A stretch of DNA of 34,705 bases. It comes from Campylobacterota bacterium. Lineage in GTDB: Bacteria; Campylobacterota; Campylobacteria; Campylobacterales; Sulfurovaceae. A program made the translations under genes and the position numbers. The notes beneath the pieces are model-generated. The model had not been told where the DNA came from and searched no databases. It saw only the letters and a program-made list of their open reading frames with translations. The stretch is taken from the NCBI GenBank assembly GCA_011330645.1, contig DRQB01000024.1, positions 1 through 34,705 of the forward strand, read 5' to 3'. Positions 27,109-34,705 of the stretch are shown here, piece by piece (position 1 is the stretch's first letter; the number at the start of each line of letters is the position of its first letter).

Positions 27109-29802
27109 ATGACACATTATATAACAAAATTAATACAAGTGGCACTGCTTTCACTTGGACTTACACTTTTCACTGCTTGTGGTGGAGGAGAGGATAATAA
27201 AAACAAAATACCAGATAATCTTACTTCTACACTTTTAGAGAATGGAGGTAGTATCAAAGGGATAGATGGTATTGTTATAGAGGCATTTAAAGACTCTATT
27301 GATGAGGCTATCACTGTTGAGATGAAGGTAGCTTCTGTACCCATGCTGTCTTTACCTTCATCAACTAAAGCCCAAGGAAAATTCTATCGCTTTAATGCTA
27401 GCAAAGATGTGTATGCTTCTTCAAGCTTTTTGGTGGCTATCCCTGTACCTAAAGATGTAGATACAAAACATCTAGCTTTGGCTATCTTATTACAATCTGA
27501 AGATCGTGTTTTACATGAAACACAGGCTGAAGATGTATGGGATGTTCTCTCAGGAGTTTACTCCTCTGAAAATAACTATTTTATAGCTACATTGCCATTT
27601 CTTGCAAAAGATGGACGTACCCTTGTATTGGTTAGTTCATCAAAGTATGACTCTCCTACACTAAAGGGAAAACAAAAAAAGCTTAAATCAAGTTATAAAC
27701 ACACAGCAGAAAGTGACATTGGTTTTAAGGTTAATTGTGACAGATTTGATGATGCAGAGTTTAACAATAGAAATACCACTTGCTCAAATATTGATGAGAC
27801 CGATTTAGAATTGGCTTTGCAGGATGCTTACACTGACATGAAAAACTTAGGCTTTGCAGACCCTTATCTAACTCGCGAGATTGATGCAGATGCTAGTAGC
27901 TATACACCCAATAATGCTAACATTGTTTTTGGACATTATTTGGCAAAACTGCTTCCTATTAGAGATGTAAATGCAACTCAAAAGCGTTGGCCATGTGGGG
28001 AAAAGGACGAAATAACCAACTTGGGTGGTTATAGTGCAGGTTCAAAGTCATTTTTTGTTTGTATTGGTTCCAATGGACTAACAAATTCAGCATTAGGAAC
28101 AGCAACACACGAGTACTTCCATGCTACACAATTTGGGTATAAAGCTATACGAAAGAAACCTCGGAATTTATGGGTTACAGAGGGTACAGCAGCTGCTAGT
28201 CAAAACTCACTTACTGATATGCAACGTGACACTAGTCGTGGCTATCATCCAATAGATAAATCACTTAAATCGAAAGTAAAATTATTAGAATATAAAGCAC
28301 AAGATTTTTGGGTTTATTTAGGTCAGAAGTCTGGTCTAGGACTTAACTATCTTCAAGACTTTTTTCTTAAAGGTGCAAATACAACTACTGTAGACAAAGC
28401 ATTAAAAGAAAACTTTCAAATGACGCAAAGTTTGACAGATACATACTGGGACTGGGCTAAAAATCAAGCTTTTGAAAAAACCACAAATTTAAGAGGAAGC
28501 TTTGGTGTCAAAAATTGTAAGTATGATCCTCGTATGGCAACTATTGAGAATATAAATTACCTTAGTGATGCACCTCCGCACGATAAAGTATTTGACTTGC
28601 CTCCACTTACTTCTAAAGTAGTAAAAATAAACTTTATTGCCATGGATAAGCTTGGGTATACAGGTGAGGTTGAAGTATCTTCGTCCACTATGTCAGATAT
28701 ACAAGTAAAGTTCTACGATACAAGTGATGAAGACACAAACAATTGTCTGAACAAAAATGAAGTAAGTCAAAAAAGTATCACTATCGACAAAGCAGACTCT
28801 CTTACATATTATGTACTCATAAGTAACACTAGTCTCACGAATGATAGAAATGTAATCTTACGTTTCCCTCGTCCTAGCACATCATTAGAAATTTTGACTC
28901 CTACTAATAATATGAATTTAGAAGAAGGAAATACAAAATTTATGGCTGTTGCAAAAGGTTTTGATGGAGGAAATTCTAGTTTGTCATACATTAGTTGGTC
29001 TTATATTAACTCAGCAGGAACAAAAGTGGGTATCGGTAATTCTAAAAGTGGAGAAGAGGTCAACCTGAATCTTTGTGACGGAGTATATACTGTTACCGCC
29101 AAAACGCTTTATACTGGTTTCAATACAACAAATCTCAGCTCTAGTGTAAGCTTCAGGGTCAGAAATCCCGACTCAGGTATCTTGCCTGCACATTGTTCAT
29201 GGTCTATTGATATTTCTGAACCCACATCTGATATTAGCTATCTCTCTGGTAAAACTATTGATTTGCGTGCCATCATAAATGATGATCATCCAGAAACAGA
29301 CATTCCTCTTTCTAGTATAGTATGGAGGGAAGGTGGATCAACAGGTAGCATACTAGGCAGAGGACTTAATAGTTCCACAAAGTTTGGTAAAGGACAACAT
29401 ACCATTTATGTTAGCTATGGCAATGCACATGCCCAAACCACCATAAATGTAGTCGACGTTATTGGCACACTCCCTGAAGCGAGATTTAATTCTCCTGAGG
29501 CGGACAATAACCTGAACTGGGTTGATTATTTTGATGGTGAGAGTAATGTCAATATTTCTTTTATAGGTATAGGAATAGATAATGAAGATGGTTCTATTTT
29601 AAATAATAATGCTCTCTCTTGGAGTTACAGAACAAAAGGTAACTCAAGTTGGATAGCTATGGGTCAAGGAACAAATGTAGTTTTAAATTTACCTATTATT
29701 AGCCCTAGTCAAACGTTTGAAGTTCGTCTTGTTGTCACAGATAGTGATGGTATGCAAGGAACATTAGTAAAAGAGGTAACTATAGTAGGACCCGTGTCTT
29801 AA
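27109..29802 (+). CDS. Large lipoprotein, putative gluzincin-type zinc metallopeptidase with C-terminal Ig/PKD-like repeats
   Basis: Lipobox FTA|C24GGG; HEYFH (334-338) followed by WVTE358GTA; C-terminal beta-rich repeats (LEILTP, IDISEP, IDNEDG..LSWS, LVVTDSDG). Confidence 0.75.
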   Translation: MTHYITKLIQVALLSLGLTLFTACGGGEDNKNKIPDNLTSTLLENGGSIKGIDGIVIEAFKDSIDEAITVEMKVASVPMLSLPSSTKAQGKFYRFNASKDVYASSSFLVAIPVPKDVDTKHLALAILLQSEDRVLHETQAEDVWDVLSGVYSSENNYFIATLPFLAKDGRTLVLVSSSKYDSPTLKGKQKKLKSSYKHTAESDIGFKVNCDRFDDAEFNNRNTTCSNIDETDLELALQDAYTDMKNLGFADPYLTREIDADASSYTPNNANIVFGHYLAKLLPIRDVNATQKRWPCGEKDEITNLGGYSAGSKSFFVCIGSNGLTNSALGTATHEYFHATQFGYKAIRKKPRNLWVTEGTAAASQNSLTDMQRDTSRGYHPIDKSLKSKVKLLEYKAQDFWVYLGQKSGLGLNYLQDFFLKGANTTTVDKALKENFQMTQSLTDTYWDWAKNQAFEKTTNLRGSFGVKNCKYDPRMATIENINYLSDAPPHDKVFDLPPLTSKVVKINFIAMDKLGYTGEVEVSSSTMSDIQVKFYDTSDEDTNNCLNKNEVSQKSITIDKADSLTYYVLISNTSLTNDRNVILRFPRPSTSLEILTPTNNMNLEEGNTKFMAVAKGFDGGNSSLSYISWSYINSAGTKVGIGNSKSGEEVNLNLCDGVYTVTAKTLYTGFNTTNLSSSVSFRVRNPDSGILPAHCSWSIDISEPTSDISYLSGKTIDLRAIINDDHPETDIPLSSIVWREGGSTGSILGRGLNSSTKFGKGQHTIYVSYGNAHAQTTINVVDVIGTLPEARFNSPEADNNLNWVDYFDGESNVNISFIGIGIDNEDGSILNNNALSWSYRTKGNSSWIAMGQGTNVVLNLPIISPSQTFEVRLVVTDSDGMQGTLVKEVTIVGPVS

Positions 29803-29828
29803 AAGTAAGACTGTTCTATCGCTCCATG

Positions 29829-29875
29829 AAGAATACTCACTGATAAAATACTATCATTGAGTGTTCTTTATTTGA
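29829..29875 (+). terminator. Long hairpin, probable terminator of the lipoprotein gene
   Basis: AAGAATACTCA-C-TGATA-aaatac-TATCA-T-TGAGTGTTCTT followed by T-rich sequence. Confidence 0.65.
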
Positions 29876-29901
29876 TTCTTTTAAAACAAACTTTTCCTTT
29901 A

Positions 29902-29932
29902 TTCACCATTCATCACACTTTTATGTCATACT
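29902..29932 (+). promoter_or_regulatory. 31-bp operator/promoter motif, copy C (no adjacent ORF)
   Basis: TTCACCATTCATCACACTTTTATGTCATACT, 27/31 identical to copy A and 26/31 to copy B. Confidence 0.75.
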
Positions 29933-29938
29933 TATACT

Positions 29939-30055
29939 AGAGTCTCAATAAACATTGGGTGGACTCTCTTTTGTAATACTTTGAATAGGTCTTCAGCCTC
30001 ACGTTTTTTCATTACGTCAAAATCATTGGTACAGTTTTCAAATTACTCCCTTGCT
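29939..30055 (+). ncRNA. Candidate small RNA driven by motif copy C (3' end uncertain)
   Basis: Predicted start about 7 nt after CATACT coincides with the 5' base of hairpin AGAGTC(T)CAAT-AAAC-ATTG-GGT-(G)GACTCT; no RBS plus ORF on this strand. Confidence 0.4.
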
Positions 30056-30073
30056 TATTACATATAGAAATTT

Positions 30074-30082
30074 TGTTATAAT
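30074..30082 (+). promoter_or_regulatory. Extended -10 for a leaderless mutY transcript
   Basis: TGTTATAAT-CCCTGC-ATG with no Shine-Dalgarno. Confidence 0.75.
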
Positions 30083-30088
30083 CCCTGC

Positions 30089-31078
30089 ATGAAAAAGACC
30101 CATACTCTTATACAAAACTGGTACAAAACCTACGGAAGACATGAGCTTCCCTGGCGTACTACTACAGACCCTTATCACATCTACCTCTCTGAAGTAATAC
30201 TTCAGCAAACACAGGTAAAGACCGTGTTAGAACGTTACTACTTTCCCTTTCTAAAAAAGTTTCCTACACTTAAGGCTTTAGGTGACGCTAACTTAGATGA
30301 TGTGCTTAAAATGTGGGAGGGGCTTGGGTATTATAATCGGGCTAAGAATTTGCATAAGACGGCTGGGTTATTGACCAAACAAGGGCAAGCACGAGGCATT
30401 GCCCCTACCTTGCCATCAAATATAGATGAACTCATTAAACTTCCTGGTATTGGTAAAAATACGGCGCATGCAGTGGCTGCTTTTGCCTACAAAAAACCTG
30501 TACCTATCATGGAAGCCAATGTGAAACGTATACTTTGTCGGCTACATACACTCAAAACTCCTACAGATAAAGAACTTTGGAACATTGCTTATGACTTTGT
30601 GGACAAAAAAAACCCTTTTGACTATAACCAAGCCATGATGGACATTGGGGCTACGGTTTGTACACCTACAAACCCCTCTTGTGACAGGTGCCCTTTAGGT
30701 AGCACCTGTCAAGGAAAAGATGAGCCAACACTTTACCCTACAAAGAAAAAACGGGTTGTACCCATCAGAGAACAAAATATTATGGTATCAGTCTATAATG
30801 AAAAACTTTCTATGATACAAAGAAGCGGAAAGTTTCTGCATGGACTTTGGGGCTTTCCTACTACTGAAGTACCACTCTGTGCTTCAGAGTACATTGGTGA
30901 AATCACACATGCCTATACACATTTCAAGCTCATATGCAAAGTCTATGTGTATGAGGAGCTTGACAAAGAGCAGGACAACTATTTCACATCTAAAGAGATA
31001 CGTAAACTTGCTATTTCAAAAGTAGATGATAAAATACTTAAATTGTATTTAGATACAATTAGCTCAAATAACTATTAG
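30089..31078 (+). CDS. mutY: A/G-specific adenine glycosylase
   Basis: [28 protein letters not shown] Hh[27 protein letters not shown] Fe-S loop, NUDIX-like tail HAYTHF. Confidence 0.95.
   Translation: MKKTHTLIQNWYKTYGRHELPWRTTTDPYHIYLSEVILQQTQVKTVLERYYFPFLKKFPTLKALGDANLDDVLKMWEGLGYYNRAKNLHKTAGLLTKQGQARGIAPTLPSNIDELIKLPGIGKNTAHAVAAFAYKKPVPIMEANVKRILCRLHTLKTPTDKELWNIAYDFVDKKNPFDYNQAMMDIGATVCTPTNPSCDRCPLGSTCQGKDEPTLYPTKKKRVVPIREQNIMVSVYNEKLSMIQRSGKFLHGLWGFPTTEVPLCASEYIGEITHAYTHFKLICKVYVYEELDKEQDNYFTSKEIRKLAISKVDDKILKLYLDTISSNNY
30383..30408 (-). repeat. GTAG-type REP copy located in frame inside mutY
   Basis: Plus GGGCAAGCACGAGGCATTGCCCCTAC versus intergenic GGGCAACCACAAGGGGATTGCCCCTAC at 33524-33550. 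Confidence 0.8.
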
Positions 31079-31086
31079 GTTTGATG

Positions 31087-31665
31087 ATGAATAAAGAAGA
31101 AGAATTTGAACAAGCAGTAACCAAAGTACTAGAGCTTTTAGGTGAAGACCCTAAGCGTGAGGGGTTACTCAAAACACCTAGTCGTGTTGCTAAAGCCCTA
31201 AAGTTTCTTACAGAGGGCTATGACCAAAACCCCAAAGAAATCCTGGGTGAAGCCCTTTTTACTACCTCTAATGATGAGATGGTTTTGGTACGTGATATAG
31301 AGTTTTACTCTATGTGTGAACACCATATGCTTCCTATCATCGGACGTGCCCATGTAGCATACATCCCAGATGGTAAAGTCGTAGGTCTTTCTAAAATCCC
31401 TCGTATTGTAAATGTCTATGCCAGACGCTTGCAGATACAAGAGCAAATGACGGAACAAATAGCTGATGCTATCTTGGAAACCATCAACCCCAAAGGCGTC
31501 GCAGTTGTTGTACACGCGCGTCATATGTGTATGGAGATGAGAGGAGTACAGAAAATCAACTCGACCACTGTCTCTTCAGCGCTTCGTGGACTCTTTAAAA
31601 GTGATGAACGTACACGTAATGAGTTTTATAATCTTATCAATACTCCTACGCCATCTAACTTTTAA
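31087..31665 (+). CDS. folE: GTP cyclohydrolase I
   Basis: [46 protein letters not shown]; start could also be 31081 or 31084. Confidence 0.97.
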   Translation: MNKEEEFEQAVTKVLELLGEDPKREGLLKTPSRVAKALKFLTEGYDQNPKEILGEALFTTSNDEMVLVRDIEFYSMCEHHMLPIIGRAHVAYIPDGKVVGLSKIPRIVNVYARRLQIQEQMTEQIADAILETINPKGVAVVVHARHMCMEMRGVQKINSTTVSSALRGLFKSDERTRNEFYNLINTPTPSNF

Positions 31666-31680
31666 TTTATATCAACAAAG

Positions 31681-31700
31681 AAGAGAGGATTGCTCTCTTT
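31681..31700. terminator. Hairpin between convergent folE and SpoIIAA-like gene
   Basis: AAGAGAG-GATTG-CTCTCTT. Confidence 0.5.
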
Positions 31701-31706
31701 AAAAAT

Positions 31707-32093
31707 CTACTTTAGCAACCATGCCAATGCTTTTTCTCTCTCTTTAAAAAATTTTGTTTTCCCTTTCATAAGGTGACTCATCATATTTACAGAGACTTCT
31801 TCCCATTTCTTGTTGCCAACGATTGCCATCTTATCAAAAGCATTACGGTGTTTGATACCAAATTTCATATCATCCCATGCTGCTAAGAACTCCCATCCTT
31901 TAAATTTTGTCATGTCTACCAACAAATCGACCTCAAGTCCCTTCGCTTCTTTTAAGGCTTTATCTATCATTGGTACAAATAATTTATAATCTTCATCTTT
32001 CAGTTTTCCTAACATCACCACTTCTATAAAAATATTCTTTTTAGTCCGTTTAATTGCTATACTTATACCATGTTCTTTAATTTTTGTAGCCAT
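31707..32093 (-). CDS. SpoIIAA-like (STAS/SEC14) domain protein
   Basis: GKLKDEDY, LLVDMTKFKGWEFLAAWDDMKFG, KMAIVGNKKW, ALAWL. Confidence 0.85.
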   Translation of the reverse strand: MATKIKEHGISIAIKRTKKNIFIEVVMLGKLKDEDYKLFVPMIDKALKEAKGLEVDLLVDMTKFKGWEFLAAWDDMKFGIKHRNAFDKMAIVGNKKWEEVSVNMMSHLMKGKTKFFKEREKALAWLLK

Positions 32094-32154
32094 TTTGTAA
32101 TCCTTTCATTCTAATCTTTTTTTCTATTATATAACTTTCTTTCCTTCGTTACAA

Positions 32155-32168
32155 TTGACCTACATCAA
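32155..32168. promoter_or_regulatory. Crp/Fnr-family box
   Basis: TTGAC-CTAC-ATCAA, 9/10 match to TTGAT-N4-ATCAA, centred about -42 from a minus-strand TATAAT (32126-32131). Confidence 0.6.
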
Positions 32169-32258
32169 GGGGATTTAACCTAATTGAGAGTAAAATACTC
32201 CTCTTTAAAAAGCATTTTTATGTTATATTAAGAATAACAGCGTATTATGCAGAAAATC

Positions 32259-32283
32259 AATTAGGACTAAATAGGTCTTAATT
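32259..32283. promoter_or_regulatory. 25-bp Rrf2/IscR-like palindrome upstream of nifS
   Basis: AATTAGGAC-TAAATAG-GTCTTAATT (GAC-N7-GTC core); related site at 32182-32206. Confidence 0.55.
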
Positions 32284-32285
32284 AA

Positions 32286-33515
<1,230 letters not shown>

Positions 33516-33523
33516 TAATTAAA

Positions 33524-33582
33524 GGGCAACCACAAGGGGATTGCCCCTACATAATGCGTAGGGGTGCCCCTTGTGGGTACCC
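33524..33582. repeat. Inverted pair of GTAG-type REPs (REPIN-like) between nifS and nifU
   Basis: GGGCAACCACAAGGGGATTGCCCCTAC-ataatgc-GTAGGGGTGCCCCTTGTGGGTACCC. Confidence 0.8.
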
Positions 33583-33601
33583 ACAAAACAAAGGAAATAA
33601 C

Positions 33602-34576
33602 ATGGGAATAGATAGTTTAGTAGGCGGTACCATCTGGGATGAGTACAGCAACAAGGTCACAGACCTTATGAATAACCCACAAAATATGGGTGAGATTACA
33701 GAAGAACAAGCAGACGAAATGGGCGCTAGGCTCATCGTTGCAGACTTTGGTGCAGAGAGCTGTGGAGATGCTGTGCGTCTTTACTGGGCAGTAGATCCAA
33801 AGACAGATAAAATTCTTTTGTCTAAGTTCAAAAGTTTTGGTTGTGGTACTGCCATTGCTTCTTCAGACACGATGGCTGAACTGTGTAAAGACAAAACCGT
33901 AGATGAAGCTGTAAAAATTACAAATATCGATGTAGAACTTGCTATGCGTGACGATGCAGATACCCCTGCTGTGCCACCACAAAAGATGCACTGTTCTGTT
34001 ATGGCGTATGATGTTATCAAAAAAGCTGCTGCACAGTATAAAGGTGTAGATATGGAGAGCTTCGAAGAAGAAGTAATCGTCTGTGAATGTGCACGTGTGA
34101 GTCTCTCTACACTTCAAGAGGTTATCCGTCTTAATGACCTTACTACAGTTGAGCAGATTACAGACTATACCAAAGCGGGTGCATTTTGTAAATCATGTAT
34201 CCGCCCTGGTGGTCACGAAGAGAAAGACATCTATCTTGTAGACCTTCTTGAAGAGTATGAAAAAGAAAAACTTGCAGGCAAAGCATCATTAGGTAATGAC
34301 ACTGCACCTGCTGGAGACTTTGCTGGTATGACTATCGTACAACGTATTAAAGCTGTGGATGCTGTAGTAGATGCAAATATCAGACAAATGCTCGTTATGG
34401 ATGGTGGAGATATGGAAATTCTAGATATCAAAGAAAATGGTGAAAATTTTGACATTTACATCCGTTACTTAGGTGCATGTTCTGGATGTGCAAGTTCCGC
34501 TACAGGTACACTCTTTGCGATTGAAAATATCTTAAAAGAGAAACTTAGCGACAAGATAAGAGTCTTACCAATCTAA
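33602..34576 (+). CDS. nifU: NifU-type Fe-S scaffold protein
   Basis: SCGDAVRL, FGCGTAIASS, KMHCS, BFD-like CECAR...CKSC, Nfu DGGD...GACSGC; true start ATG 33602 behind AAGGA. Confidence 0.95.
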   Translation: MGIDSLVGGTIWDEYSNKVTDLMNNPQNMGEITEEQADEMGARLIVADFGAESCGDAVRLYWAVDPKTDKILLSKFKSFGCGTAIASSDTMAELCKDKTVDEAVKITNIDVELAMRDDADTPAVPPQKMHCSVMAYDVIKKAAAQYKGVDMESFEEEVIVCECARVSLSTLQEVIRLNDLTTVEQITDYTKAGAFCKSCIRPGGHEEKDIYLVDLLEEYEKEKLAGKASLGNDTAPAGDFAGMTIVQRIKAVDAVVDANIRQMLVMDGGDMEILDIKENGENFDIYIRYLGACSGCASSATGTLFAIENILKEKLSDKIRVLPI

Positions 34577-34599
34577 GTTATTTATATTCCTCTTTCCTC

Positions 34600-34625
34600 G
34601 TCCAAGCCTAAGTGGTTTGGACTAC
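34600..34625 (-). repeat. GTAG-anchored hairpin (REP-like or terminator) between nifU and the incoming gene
   Basis: Minus GTAGTCCAAACC-ACTTA-GGCTTGGAC; its TAG is the stop of the minus-strand frame. Confidence 0.45.
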
Positions 34626-34705
34626 ACCTTTTCCACTCTCTGTTTGAAATGTTCAAACTTTTCAAGTTCCTTTTCATCTTCAGACCATAGGGCTATAGAA
34701 GACAT
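34622..34705 (-). CDS. 3' end of an unidentified gene entering from the right edge (partial)
   Basis: Open frame ...MSSIALWSEDEKELEKFEHFKQRVEKV* converging on nifU. Confidence 0.5.
   Translation of the reverse strand: MSSIALWSEDEKELEKFEHFKQRVEKV

Noticed and set aside
27109-29802. Lipoprotein as the exosortase substrate
   Set aside because: The C-terminus (KEVTIVGPVS) has no TM helix or basic tail; it is N-terminally lipid anchored.
26271-29932. The 31-bp repeats as CRISPR repeats or att sites
   Set aside because: Spacing is 0.8 and 2.9 kb, there is no cas or integrase gene, and the copies are imperfect and end in a -10 box positioned before genes.
29932-30012. Minus-strand 26-aa ORF MKKREAEDLFKVLQKRVHPMFIETLV
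   Set aside because: No RBS at a suitable distance (the AAGGGAG upstream precedes only a 9-codon TTG frame) and no recognisable motif; not excluded without ribosome profiling.
33554-33601. N-terminal extension MRRGAPCGYPQNKGNN of NifU in the ORF track
   Set aside because: It is read through the REP doublet; the AAGGA RBS supports ATG 33602.

Overview
AT-rich bacterial chromosomal window whose gene content and promoter style (extended TGn-TATAAT -10 boxes, AAGGA RBS, IAHQWRQPL-type kinase, NifS/NifU Fe-S system) point to Campylobacterota, probably Sulfurovum-like (inference). Left to right: 3' end of frr, pyrE, then a near-complete type II secretion system split into three units: gspK-L-M-N-C-D-E-J plus a HerA-like ATPase (minus), gspG-H-I (plus), and gspF followed by a beta-barrel OMP, RDD, MFS and mobA (plus). 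An antisense exosortase/archaeosortase-family gene sits between gspI and gspF. Next come a divergent LysR/YeiH pair, comM, gdhA lying inverted inside tig-clpP-def-comM, a membrane histidine kinase, an OmpR-family regulator, an 897-aa HExxH metallopeptidase lipoprotein, mutY, folE, a SpoIIAA-like gene and nifS-nifU. Three observations stand out. (1) A 31-bp promoter/operator motif occurs three times around the two-component module, and its third copy points at a hairpin-initiated non-coding segment (candidate sRNA). (2) An exosortase with an intact Cys-Arg-His triad is embedded in the T2SS locus. (3) GTAG-type REP palindromes are present, one of them lying in frame inside mutY. All calls come from reading motifs by eye; no database searches were run.
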